A stretch of 64,000 bases of DNA, from the IMG/VR virus record IMGVR_UViG_3300023179_000065, positions 1 through 64,000 of that record; one strand, 5' to 3'. Shown piece after piece: positions 38,622 to 49,022 of the stretch. The DNA comes from a virus (taxonomy: Duplodnaviria; Caudoviricetes). A model generated the notes under the pieces. It was given only the letters and a program-made list of their open reading frames with translations. It did no database searches and was not told the origin of the DNA. The translations under genes and the position numbers were made by a program. The first letter of the stretch is position 1; each line of letters starts with the position of its first letter.

Positions 38622-41600
38622 ATGTCTATAGAGACTAATTTAAACGTTGCTCCTTATTTTGATGACTATACTGAAAACAGTAACTACTACAAGATATTGT
38701 TTAGACCAGGTGTGTCAGTCCAGGCTCGCGAGCTTACTCAAATTCAGGACATACTACAAACCCAAGTAGAAAGATTCGGTAATCACGTTTTTAAAAGTGG
38801 CACCATAGTAAGTGGGGTTAACTTTCAGTTTTATCCGGCTTATAGTTATGTAAAGCTTCTGGATAATCAAGCAGATGGACAGCCTGCTATACCTACAGAA
38901 TATGTAAACTACTATGCTAAGAACGCAGCGAACGTTCAAGCAAAAATTATTAATGCTAAACAAGGCTTGCAATCTACAGACCCAGATACAAATTATTTGT
39001 ATTTAAACTATATTAATTCAGGTGACTCTGCGTTAGAGACTAGTTTTGCTAATAGCGACGTGCTCACAATTTTTAGCAAGAATTATGAAATATTTGACTT
39101 TAATGTCGTAAATGGTGGTACCTCATTCTCAAACTCTGATACAGTTCAGATTACTAGTGCTTTATTAGTAAGCAATAGTTCTATTGACCCAAATGCCGGC
39201 ATATCTCAGGTAAATGGCACAACTGTAGCTAATGTATATGTTTATGAAGCTAATAATAATTTTAGTATTACTCTTAATAATGTAACTTACACTAGCAATG
39301 ACGGATACACTATTCTTAAAATTAAACCCCATACAAACGATCTAGCTAATAGCTCGGTTGGTGCAGAAAAGTGGACAATTACAAATGAAGGTTTCGTAGT
39401 ACAGGGATCAAATAGCGCATATGTTGTCAGCCTAGTAGGTACAGGTGCGTCTGCAGTACTTACTACTGACTCATCGGGAGTTATTACAGATGTGTCTCTA
39501 ACAAACCCTGGAACTAACTATATTGAAGCTCCTTATGTAACAGTAAGAAGTAGCACTGGTACCTTTAACAATCTAGAAATTACACCTCAGATGTTTAAGG
39601 CACAAGTGCTTGTTGCTGACTCGTCATACTCTGGTGGCAATTCCACTCCAGTTGGTAACGCATATGCATTTGGGGTTACAGAGGGTATAATTTATCAGAA
39701 GGGCTTCTTCTTAGGGGTCAATTCACAGATCACGGTAGTTAACTCATATTCTACCAATGTTAATAGCGTGTCTGTTGGGTTTATTACTCAAGAGGCTATA
39801 GTTAATACAAATGTGGATTCCACCCTATTAGACAATGCCACAGGCACTCCAAACTTTGCCGCGCCTGGTGCAAATAGATTAAAGTTTATTCCTACTCTAT
39901 CTGTAGTTGCTACTGCCAATGCTGAATCAAATAATACATTCTTTCCGCTAGTAGAATTTAGAGAAGGACAGCCTTACAAGCAATACAAGAATACTCTCTA
40001 TAATATTCTATCAAAAGAATTTGAAAGAAGAACAACAGAAACTAGCGGTAACTTTGTAGTTGATCCTTTTATTGTTTCTACAAAAGATCAAACAACATGG
40101 AGCAACTCTTACTTTAATGCAGTATCAGATCCAGGTATTCTTTATATCGATGGTGTAAGAGTAGACACTCAACGCAATACGTTTGTGCCAGTTAGACGCT
40201 CAAATGACACTTATATATTAGAAGATCAGATTACCAGTATCAATTATGGTAGCTATGTTCTTGTAAAAGAGCTAGCAGGGTTTGTAGACACCGACGCGGC
40301 ACCAGAGGTTTCTATCTATGGCGTACCATATCAGTATTATACAAAAAACAAGAGTAGTATATCATTTACTGATACTGTAATAGGTACGGCTAAGGTTAGA
40401 TCGATTGTCTATGATTCAGGTACTCCTGGCACCTCATCTGCAAACTATAGAATGTACCTATTTGATGTGTCCATGAGACAAGGGTACAGTTTTAGTCAAG
40501 CTAGATCAATTTATTATAATGGGGTTAGTTACGATGGTGTAGCAGATCTAGTCTTAGAGAGAAATAACCTAAACAAAGAAATAGCAGTTCTTAAGGATCC
40601 AAAGAATAGTTCGTTACTGTTTGATCTATCTGTAGAGGGTGTTAAGTCAGTTAATTCGGTCACATATGGATATAGATCTGCAGTTTCGTCTGCTAATATT
40701 AGTTCTAACGGCGTTGCATCTCTCACCATAAGCGACCAATTTATCTACGGTAATAATGCAACTCTTAGCGCGAATCAACGCAAGGAAGTAATCCTTGTAC
40801 CTCTTGCCAATGCAATTTCTACTAATACTGCAACAGTAGAGTTGACTAGAAACAATAAGTTTGTAATTGGTGATTTATTAGACACATACTTTAAACCAGG
40901 TGACAGTGTTTATCTAGAAAATTCGGCTAATGATAGTATATACTTGTACAGCTCGGTTGCATCAGTTTCTAATAATACCTACATGGTACTTAATGATGCA
41001 TGGCCGTTTGATTCCAATACATCTATTAATGTAAGTAGATATTTGCCCGGCAACGTCCCAGTTCCTCTAGACGATACGCGTGTAAGTGTTAACACAAACA
41101 GCACAGGTACTACTCTCTACGTTAATCTTAATGGGGTATCTCCTAACACATTCAGTCTCTCTTCCTCTGTACCAGCGGCTATCACATATAATGCTATCAA
41201 GACAAACTTTCAAAAGCTAGCCAAGCTAGTAAGTAGAAATAACTATGTTAAGATTTGCTTGGCAAATAACGTTGCAACAACTAAGGGGCCATGGTGTTTA
41301 GGTATACCGGACGCTTTTAGATTAAACAGAGTCTTTATTGCAAATTCAAGCACCGTTAATACTAACAGTACAGTAATTACAGATAACTTCTATATTGATA
41401 ATGGTCAAACATCTGACTACTACGGTCACGCCCATCTAGCTAAGAGAAACTCTATAGCTCGAAATCTTAGCGAAGATCAATGGCTGCTAGTAGAGTTTGA
41501 TGCATTCTATCTAGGGACTCCATCAGCTGCTGGCTTCTTTAGCGTGTTAAGCTATCCATTAAACTCTAACAATAGCACACGCACCGCAATGGGTAATACA

Positions 41601-44600
41601 TCTATTAACATAGTTGAAATTCCTGAGTTTAAATTGCCTAGCGGTAAAGTCTTAGGTCTAGAAAATGCTTTGGACTTCAGACCTAGAATACAATCCCAAG
41701 CAACCTACACCTCTAATCCTAACGCGGCATCTGTTAATCCAGCGAATACTAGAACCTTCTATACGTCGGATAAATTATTCCCTATTCCAGATAGCAATGC
41801 AATTTTTAACTACGAAGCGTATCTGAAGAGAAAAGATAGAGTAGTAGTTTCTAAAGCTGGTAATATTAAGGTAGTAGAAGGTACTCCTGCCTATGTGCCT
41901 GTGCCTACTGAAGCACCTGCAGATAGCATTACAATTTCTATACTTGAAATACCTTCATACCCATCTTTACCAAAGGTGCCTGATAGTAACGTAGTAGACT
42001 TGTTTACTAAGCGTACTGGTACAGCTTCAGGGCTTTATTCGCGCCATGTAAACTACACTGTAAAAGATGTTTATGATGCTACTGAAGCTTCCAAGACACC
42101 TAAGAGATATACTATGGGTGAAATTGGTAATCTTGAAAGCAGAATTAAAAACCTTGAATACTATACCTCTCTTAATTTACTAGACAAAAAAACAAAAGAT
42201 ATTAATATTCCTAGTTCTATTAACCCTTCACTTGATAGAACTAAGTATGGATATTTTGTTGACAACTTTAATGACTACTTAAGTTCAGATATCAACAATA
42301 AGGAAATGACCGCTTATATAGATCAGGAAGCAGGTCGACTAATTCCACAAATTAAGAGCTTTAACCTGCAGGCCAGATTTAATTATGATGATAGCACTAC
42401 GCTTAACAGCTTAAGATATAGTGGCAACGTTGTTAGTGAACCAGCACCTGGCAAGTGGTCAGAGCATGTGTTAATGTTACCGTCTAACGGGGAAATTAAT
42501 ATTATTTCTCAAAACAGATTTACCTCTGCTGTTAATGGTACAGGCGGAGATACAAAGTTTGTTGGAGATATGATTACCGAGCCAGGCAATCTAAGAGTTG
42601 CTTTTAAGGTAGCTGTTAAACAGGTTGACACAACATTAATTCAAGAAAGCCCTGCAATAGATGTTACTCCTGATGACATTGTTAGTAATACTAATCCTAG
42701 ATATGTGCTTTCAGCATCTAAGAGAGAAGTAACGGAAGGTAGCAACGTGTCTATTAGCTTTATAACAGTTAATGTTGCTAATGGAACTAGTTTTGATTAT
42801 GCAATAACAGGTGCTAATGTTACCTCTGGAGATATTAGTGTACCTCTCACTGGCACCTTAACGGTAGAAGGTAACACTGACGTTGCTTATGCTAATTTGC
42901 AAATTGACATTTTAAATGACTTTACTACCGAGTCTTTAGAGACCATGGTATTTACTGTTAATACTTCTCCTACTACTTTTATCAACGTTAATATAGTAAG
43001 CACTTCAAGTAACACTGAATATCGTACCGTATTTACTTCTCCAACTGGCACCGATAGTGTAGGCGAGGGGCAAAACTGCTACTTTACGTTTACAGTTAGC
43101 AACCCACAAGTAAATACGTACCCTTATAGCATCACTGGTATTGGTATCACTAATAGCGATATTACTATTAGCACATCAAGCAATTCTACAAGCAATGTAT
43201 CGGTAGATACAACTGGTCTAGGCGGAACGCTCACTATTAATTCTACCGGGGGATGTGCTGTTTACCTTTCGATAGCAAATGATGCGGTAGTTGAAGGTTC
43301 AGAACCAGCCACCTTCACTATAGCTCATCCAGCCTATTCTAGTTACAGTTTTGTACTTACAGACGGCACTATAATTAACTTCCCGCTAAGTGTTAGTAAT
43401 TCCAGTATTGACAGCGGCACCAGCGCTACATTTGTACTGACTTCTTCCGGCACTATTACTAACGGTACTAAGGCAAGTTATACAATAAGCGGCGTAGAGC
43501 CTCTCGACATAAATGTTCCGCTTTCGGGGGATGTTACTTTTAATAATAACTATGCTAACTTAACTATAACAGCAAATTCCAGCAGCTTATCTAATGGTAT
43601 TAAGACACTTTTATATACTGTTACACCTCCAAGTGGGGCAAACTATAATACTACTCCTGTATTTGTAAGTACTAATATTAGATATTCAAGAGATGATAGT
43701 GCTCGACTAATATGTAATGTTAATAGCATTACTGAAACTAGTGCAGCAGGGTTTACTTTAACACTTGCAAATGGATATTCTGGTAGTATACCTTATACTA
43801 TTGCAGGAAGCGCAGGATTTACCAGTGGAGATATTGATACAAGCCTTACCGGCAACATTACAGTATCGTCTGGTACCGGGACTTTAAATGTCACTGCATT
43901 AAACAACGCTAACGGGGAAAGCAATGAAACGTTTACATTAACTATACCTAGCATAACCGATATGACTACAGGGCAAGCATTGTCTAGATCTGTAATTATT
44001 TTAGCAGACCCAACAGATAATTCCGGTAGATTAACATCAAATGCAACTAGTATTTCTGAAACCAACACAGTCAGATTTACATTAACACTTGCCAATAATG
44101 CTTCTGGCAGCTTTGCATATACTATTACCGGGGGCGCAGGATTTACCAGTGGGGATATCAATACAAGCCTTACTGGTAATATTACTGTAACATCTGGCAC
44201 TGGCACACTAGATGTTACAGCTTTAAATAATGCCAGTGGAGAAAGTGATGAAACATTTACTGTTACTGTGGCCGGGGTCACAGCACCTGGCGGCGGCACA
44301 TTAGCACAATCAGTAACTATTGCAGGAGATACCCCAGTAACAGACAATTCTGGTAGATTTACTGCTAACGCAACTAGTATTACTGAAACTAACACTGCTA
44401 GATTTACATTAACACTTGCCAATAATGCTTCTGGCAGCTTTGCATATACTATTACTGGTACCAGCGGATTTACCAGTGGGGATATCAATACAAGCCTTAC
44501 TGGTAATATTACTGTAACATCTGGCACTGGCACACTAGATGTTACAGCTTTAAATAATGCCAGTGGAGAAAGTGATGAAACATTTACTGTTACTGTGGCC

Positions 44601-46331
44601 GGGGTCACAGCACCTGGCGGCGGCACATTAGCACAATCAGTAACTATCAAAGCAGATCCCGCTGTATCTTATAGTTTAGAAACTTCCGGTAGAGAAGTAC
44701 AAGAAGGAGGCAACGTTGTATTTACGCTAGTAACTACCGGAATAGGAGCTGGAACTTATCAATATAACATTACTCCCACTACCAATAATGGTGACGGCAT
44801 AACTCAAACTGATTTTGTTACCCCATTATCTGGTACAATTACAGTTACCGGTAACACTACTTTAGCCACAGGTAGTGTAACAGTAACTGTTGCTAACGAT
44901 ATCATTAATGAAGCCGATGAGACATTTGCATTTACGGTTTCAGGCACAACGGCTGCAGTGACTGGATCGCCGTCGTTCGTAACTATTAAAAATACTCAAG
45001 TTGCTACTCCAACTCTAACGTGTGATAAGAGAGTAGTGTATGCAAAAGTAGAGTCAGAAACTACAGAGGCTACTGTTACTTATACGTTAGAAGTACCCGG
45101 AGCAGCTAACGGTACAGTATATCCTTATCAGATTATGAACGTTGGAGGGTCAGTAGAACCGTTCAGATACAAAAATGATGGTGTTTTAATTGATTCTGGT
45201 AGTGTAGATGAAGATAATAATCCAATTTACGTTTTAGATAAATCTAAAGCTCCTACAGGCTCAGTTATTAACAAATTTGCTGCCTATAAATGGAATTTAA
45301 AATCTATAAATGCTAAAGGTACTTTGACTATTAATAATGGTAAAGCTACTAAGCAAATACCGTATTTTAGAGATGATAATGATGGTGCTGGAGAAGAATA
45401 TTATTTAATGAGAGTGCAGCTGGGGACTGTTACTGACGATCAAACAAGAGGTAGTAATGATCTTCTATCCCCTGCCACGTTTATAGCTGCTAGTACTTTT
45501 TCAGCATCTTCAATAGGCACCCTAACTTGTAACTTTAATAAAACATCAGTAGCGGCAGGTAATACATTTACATACAAAGCCAGTATCGCTAAAGGTATAG
45601 ATGCAGTGGTATTAAATTACAATATTACTGGTGTTGTATCAGATGATATTTGTGGTGCGCCGCTTTCTGGTCAATTAATTACTCAGAGAGCCAACACCGC
45701 GGATATTTCTGGGGTAGTTGATACCTACGCTACACTCAGCTTTACTTCAAATGCTAATCTTACAACTAATAAAAACATTATTGTTACAGCCACTGCGCTT
45801 AATAATCAACTAGTATCTCCTGCTATAGTTTCATCTGATACTTTGTTAATAGCAGCAGCCGCACCTGCGACACCTCTATATAACTTAACTTGCCAGACTA
45901 TAGTAGGCACTTATGGAACTGGTACAAGCACTAAGCCTTACGGGTATATAAAATGCTATTTTAATACTTCTAATATAGCTAAATCAGCCACACTCACAGT
46001 CAAGCTATTTAACGAGACACAAAATAAATATGTCATAACAAGCGGCAATAGAACAATAACAGCAAAATCTACTAATAATGATTTTAGTATTGCTCTTAAT
46101 GCCAATACCCCTACTGCAGGCTCACCGTACTTAACTACGTACTTAACTACTGGCATTCTTTTTTCTGTAAGCGATGCAATTTATACCGGTTATAAGACTG
46201 GCGATATGTTAAGAGTTGAAATTTACAGCGGCAGCACTAAGATAGCGGAAGCAAAAACCGTAGCACCCAATCCAACTATCACTGGCACACAGCCTTCCGA
46301 TGTTCTCTTTCAAAAGATAGGATATGCATAA
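38622..46331 (+). CDS. Giant DUF4815/VrlC-like virion protein with Ig/Calx-beta-like repeats
   Basis: TNLNVAPYFDDY, LFRPGVSVQARELTQ, APGANR, RYTMGEIG..RIKNLEYYTSL, GYFVDNF; repeated about 109-aa beta domains. Confidence 0.85.
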   Translation: MSIETNLNVAPYFDDYTENSNYYKILFRPGVSVQARELTQIQDILQTQVERFGNHVFKSGTIVSGVNFQFYPAYSYVKLLDNQADGQPAIPTEYVNYYAKNAANVQAKIINAKQGLQSTDPDTNYLYLNYINSGDSALETSFANSDVLTIFSKNYEIFDFNVVNGGTSFSNSDTVQITSALLVSNSSIDPNAGISQVNGTTVANVYVYEANNNFSITLNNVTYTSNDGYTILKIKPHTNDLANSSVGAEKWTITNEGFVVQGSNSAYVVSLVGTGASAVLTTDSSGVITDVSLTNPGTNYIEAPYVTVRSSTGTFNNLEITPQMFKAQVLVADSSYSGGNSTPVGNAYAFGVTEGIIYQKGFFLGVNSQITVVNSYSTNVNSVSVGFITQEAIVNTNVDSTLLDNATGTPNFAAPGANRLKFIPTLSVVATANAESNNTFFPLVEFREGQPYKQYKNTLYNILSKEFERRTTETSGNFVVDPFIVSTKDQTTWSNSYFNAVSDPGILYIDGVRVDTQRNTFVPVRRSNDTYILEDQITSINYGSYVLVKELAGFVDTDAAPEVSIYGVPYQYYTKNKSSISFTDTVIGTAKVRSIVYDSGTPGTSSANYRMYLFDVSMRQGYSFSQARSIYYNGVSYDGVADLVLERNNLNKEIAVLKDPKNSSLLFDLSVEGVKSVNSVTYGYRSAVSSANISSNGVASLTISDQFIYGNNATLSANQRKEVILVPLANAISTNTATVELTRNNKFVIGDLLDTYFKPGDSVYLENSANDSIYLYSSVASVSNNTYMVLNDAWPFDSNTSINVSRYLPGNVPVPLDDTRVSVNTNSTGTTLYVNLNGVSPNTFSLSSSVPAAITYNAIKTNFQKLAKLVSRNNYVKICLANNVATTKGPWCLGIPDAFRLNRVFIANSSTVNTNSTVITDNFYIDNGQTSDYYGHAHLAKRNSIARNLSEDQWLLVEFDAFYLGTPSAAGFFSVLSYPLNSNNSTRTAMGNTSINIVEIPEFKLPSGKVLGLENALDFRPRIQSQATYTSNPNAASVNPANTRTFYTSDKLFPIPDSNAIFNYEAYLKRKDRVVVSKAGNIKVVEGTPAYVPVPTEAPADSITISILEIPSYPSLPKVPDSNVVDLFTKRTGTASGLYSRHVNYTVKDVYDATEASKTPKRYTMGEIGNLESRIKNLEYYTSLNLLDKKTKDINIPSSINPSLDRTKYGYFVDNFNDYLSSDINNKEMTAYIDQEAGRLIPQIKSFNLQARFNYDDSTTLNSLRYSGNVVSEPAPGKWSEHVLMLPSNGEINIISQNRFTSAVNGTGGDTKFVGDMITEPGNLRVAFKVAVKQVDTTLIQESPAIDVTPDDIVSNTNPRYVLSASKREVTEGSNVSISFITVNVANGTSFDYAITGANVTSGDISVPLTGTLTVEGNTDVAYANLQIDILNDFTTESLETMVFTVNTSPTTFINVNIVSTSSNTEYRTVFTSPTGTDSVGEGQNCYFTFTVSNPQVNTYPYSITGIGITNSDITISTSSNSTSNVSVDTTGLGGTLTINSTGGCAVYLSIANDAVVEGSEPATFTIAHPAYSSYSFVLTDGTIINFPLSVSNSSIDSGTSATFVLTSSGTITNGTKASYTISGVEPLDINVPLSGDVTFNNNYANLTITANSSSLSNGIKTLLYTVTPPSGANYNTTPVFVSTNIRYSRDDSARLICNVNSITETSAAGFTLTLANGYSGSIPYTIAGSAGFTSGDIDTSLTGNITVSSGTGTLNVTALNNANGESNETFTLTIPSITDMTTGQALSRSVIILADPTDNSGRLTSNATSISETNTVRFTLTLANNASGSFAYTITGGAGFTSGDINTSLTGNITVTSGTGTLDVTALNNASGESDETFTVTVAGVTAPGGGTLAQSVTIAGDTPVTDNSGRFTANATSITETNTARFTLTLANNASGSFAYTITGTSGFTSGDINTSLTGNITVTSGTGTLDVTALNNASGESDETFTVTVAGVTAPGGGTLAQSVTIKADPAVSYSLETSGREVQEGGNVVFTLVTTGIGAGTYQYNITPTTNNGDGITQTDFVTPLSGTITVTGNTTLATGSVTVTVANDIINEADETFAFTVSGTTAAVTGSPSFVTIKNTQVATPTLTCDKRVVYAKVESETTEATVTYTLEVPGAANGTVYPYQIMNVGGSVEPFRYKNDGVLIDSGSVDEDNNPIYVLDKSKAPTGSVINKFAAYKWNLKSINAKGTLTINNGKATKQIPYFRDDNDGAGEEYYLMRVQLGTVTDDQTRGSNDLLSPATFIAASTFSASSIGTLTCNFNKTSVAAGNTFTYKASIAKGIDAVVLNYNITGVVSDDICGAPLSGQLITQRANTADISGVVDTYATLSFTSNANLTTNKNIIVTATALNNQLVSPAIVSSDTLLIAAAAPATPLYNLTCQTIVGTYGTGTSTKPYGYIKCYFNTSNIAKSATLTVKLFNETQNKYVITSGNRTITAKSTNNDFSIALNANTPTAGSPYLTTYLTTGILFSVSDAIYTGYKTGDMLRVEIYSGSTKIAEAKTVAPNPTITGTQPSDVLFQKIGYA
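43690..44660 (+). repeat. Three tandem about 327-bp Ig-like domain repeats; the last two share a 182-bp identical block
   Basis: 44139-44320 identical to 44466-44647; period 327 nt. Confidence 0.9.
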
Positions 46332-46834
46332 TGCCTAGTACTATTAATTCATTAGGATTTACAACCGAAGTAGGTAAAACTACTAGTCGTAATATAAGTT
46401 ATATTGATGCTGTTGCAGAGCAAAGCTTTAAAGTGCGCATATACGGCTTAAACATTAACACTAAGCTTAATATGTATTCTAATAATAAGAAGGTTAGCTC
46501 TAATAATATTATTATGGAAGGTGGTGGCGACTTTAAAACAGATTTCAAAGGTGATGTTGAATTTGTTTACTACTATAAAGAAGCTCTTTCCGAGCTTACA
46601 AACGTATCTGAAACAGCATATCTAGATTATTTAAATAGAAACTCTGGCAGTCTAACTTTAGTAGCAGTTGATTCTGCATCAATTAACAGTAATACATTGC
46701 CTGTTAATTATAGAGATATTGCTAGATGCTATTCTGAATGCATAATAAATAAAACATACGACCCTCAAGTAACAACTAATTACTACGTGGAAATTAAAGA
46801 GGTGGGCAACACTTCTCCCACAACAAATGGTTAA
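46331..46834 (+). CDS. Virion structural protein (middle portion of a split DUF4815-type protein)
   Basis: VRIYGLNINTK..., FKTDFKG; TAATG coupling. Confidence 0.55.
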   Translation: MPSTINSLGFTTEVGKTTSRNISYIDAVAEQSFKVRIYGLNINTKLNMYSNNKKVSSNNIIMEGGGDFKTDFKGDVEFVYYYKEALSELTNVSETAYLDYLNRNSGSLTLVAVDSASINSNTLPVNYRDIARCYSECIINKTYDPQVTTNYYVEIKEVGNTSPTTNG

Positions 46835-46842
46835 AGGTTCAC

Positions 46843-49014
46843 ATGACTATAGTAGCTGATTTTGCACAAACGTTTCTAGTTGACAGTAATGCAGTTCTCA
46901 AGTCACCATACGTTTTCCTTTCTAAAATCGATTTGTATTTTAAAAATAAACCAAGTGCTGCGTCTTCGTCTCAGACAAGCACTGGTGGTGTTTCTGTGCA
47001 GCCTGGTGCAACGGTTTATATTTGCGAAACAGAAAACATAAACAATATCGCGACTCCAAAGCTGGACACATATATTAAATACGGGCGCGCTAGAGTCGAA
47101 TATGCAAATATTAATACATCCACTACCGGGCAATCTGCTACAACGTTTAGATTTGATATTCCTGTACCTATTTCGACAGACAAGTTTTATGCATTCGTAA
47201 TTAAATTAGATAGTGGTGATTCGCAATTTGCATTGTGGCGGAACAAGGCAGGAGAAACATACAACGAAACACAAAGTTCCCCTGTTACTAAAGGAGCATT
47301 AGATGGCCAGTTTTTTGTTCTTACTAACGGTGCGTCCTTAACCCCTCTAACAGATACAGATTTAAAATTTAATATCTCATCAGCAGTATTTCAACAGACA
47401 CCCACATTATACAATGCTGTTAATAGAGATATGGAATTTGTAACCTTCTTTAAAGATTACTCTACCGGTAGACTAATAGGCGGTGAATCAGTGTTTTGTA
47501 ATACTGGATATGTCGCTGCTCAAACAGTTGCTATTGTCGCAGGTAACAATATAGTTCACGGAGTTAGTACAGTATTTACTACTAACTTTACTGCCGGTGA
47601 TACTATAGTATTAAACACTGGTAATACTAATATTATTCGTAGAATTGATAGTATTTCTAACAACACAACACTATCGCTTTCATCACCCGTACCAGTAACT
47701 AATTCATCGGCTAATTATCTAATAGCACCTACTGCAAGAGTAATAAATTTTAACAAGCAAAAAGGATTTGTTATTTTAGGCGGTTCCAGTTCCAATTCTA
47801 CCTATAATTTTGCTGCCAATAGCACCAGCAACACTATCGTAGGGGAACTATCTGGCTCGTCTGTTAAAATCTCATCAGTAGAAAATTTTCCAGTAAATCA
47901 ATTTTTATCTGAATTTAAAATTCTTGCTCCAGTAGACACTACTACCAACACGTACGTGAATTTTTCTAACTCGACATATGCAACAGTAGACAGCGATATA
48001 GAAGTTAGGCAATTTAAAAAAACTAATGTAGTAGAATACAAAGCTTATTGCAGCTCAAGATCTAATGAAGTAAGCAATCCTGCGTTTCTTAATAATGATA
48101 AATCAGTTAATTTTTATCTACTCTTTGACACTGATAATCCATTTCTTACTCCAGTACTTGACGAAGAAGATATGTTGTTTCATGCAACATCCGTATACGC
48201 TGATGCTAATTACACAGACGAGGAATTACCAGGAAAAGGTAAATCAGCTGCAAAGTATATTGGTCGCGATGTAAGCTTAGCAAAGGGCGTTGTTGCGGAA
48301 GATATAAAAGTATATTTAACCGCACACAGACCAGCAGGTACTGATCTACAAGTATATGTAAGCTTCTATAATGATAATGATGGCGACATAAAAGATAATA
48401 AACTTTGGACAAGATTAAAGAATGTATCTCCAGATAATCTGTTTAGTGCTGTAGATAATGAAAATGATTTAGTGGAACTAGAGTATGATCTGTCATATTA
48501 TCCATTATCTAGTTATGACAATACAGTCTCAGGTAGAGCAGTCACCGGTACATTCACTATTAATTTTAACGGCAAAGATAGCTATGCAGCTAGAACCTTG
48601 ATAGGCACTAGCGGGTTTATTAATGATGTGGTTAGCCCAGGTAATCTAGTAAGAATTTACAACCCGCTGTTCCCGGATCAATCAGTTATTTCCGAAGTAG
48701 AAGGGGTGTATGAAAATAGAATTAGAATTACTAGAGATATAAATTATTACGTTAACGGTAATAGTGAACAAGATGCTATTAATCTTAAGCTTGCTTCATT
48801 TGCTTCAGGGGGCCTAGTAGTAGAAGTATTGGATTACCCAGGCACCGCATTTAAAGACTATTTAAATTCTGGTAAACTAACCTACCATTCTAGCGAGCTG
48901 AGTGTTGTAGAAGGGTATACTGCCTTTAAAGTTAAAATAATTTTAGTATCAGATTCTACTACTGGTTATTATCCGTCAGTAAGTGACGTTAGAGCAATCG
49001 CGCTATCCGTATAA
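46843..49014 (+). CDS. Virion structural protein (C-terminal portion of a DUF4815-type protein)
   Basis: FAQTFLV, SKIDLYFKNKP, DLKF, AEDIKVYLTAHRP, FKVKIIL...DVRAIAL. Confidence 0.7.
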   Translation: MTIVADFAQTFLVDSNAVLKSPYVFLSKIDLYFKNKPSAASSSQTSTGGVSVQPGATVYICETENINNIATPKLDTYIKYGRARVEYANINTSTTGQSATTFRFDIPVPISTDKFYAFVIKLDSGDSQFALWRNKAGETYNETQSSPVTKGALDGQFFVLTNGASLTPLTDTDLKFNISSAVFQQTPTLYNAVNRDMEFVTFFKDYSTGRLIGGESVFCNTGYVAAQTVAIVAGNNIVHGVSTVFTTNFTAGDTIVLNTGNTNIIRRIDSISNNTTLSLSSPVPVTNSSANYLIAPTARVINFNKQKGFVILGGSSSNSTYNFAANSTSNTIVGELSGSSVKISSVENFPVNQFLSEFKILAPVDTTTNTYVNFSNSTYATVDSDIEVRQFKKTNVVEYKAYCSSRSNEVSNPAFLNNDKSVNFYLLFDTDNPFLTPVLDEEDMLFHATSVYADANYTDEELPGKGKSAAKYIGRDVSLAKGVVAEDIKVYLTAHRPAGTDLQVYVSFYNDNDGDIKDNKLWTRLKNVSPDNLFSAVDNENDLVELEYDLSYYPLSSYDNTVSGRAVTGTFTINFNGKDSYAARTLIGTSGFINDVVSPGNLVRIYNPLFPDQSVISEVEGVYENRIRITRDINYYVNGNSEQDAINLKLASFASGGLVVEVLDYPGTAFKDYLNSGKLTYHSSELSVVEGYTAFKVKIILVSDSTTGYYPSVSDVRAIALSV

Positions 49015-49022
49015 GGTAAAAA

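Noticed and set aside
44013-44660. Diversity-generating retroelement TR/VR pair (suggested by Mtd_N-like fibres)
   Set aside because: The repeats are in-frame tandem domains, differences are not adenine-specific, and no reverse transcriptase is in the window.
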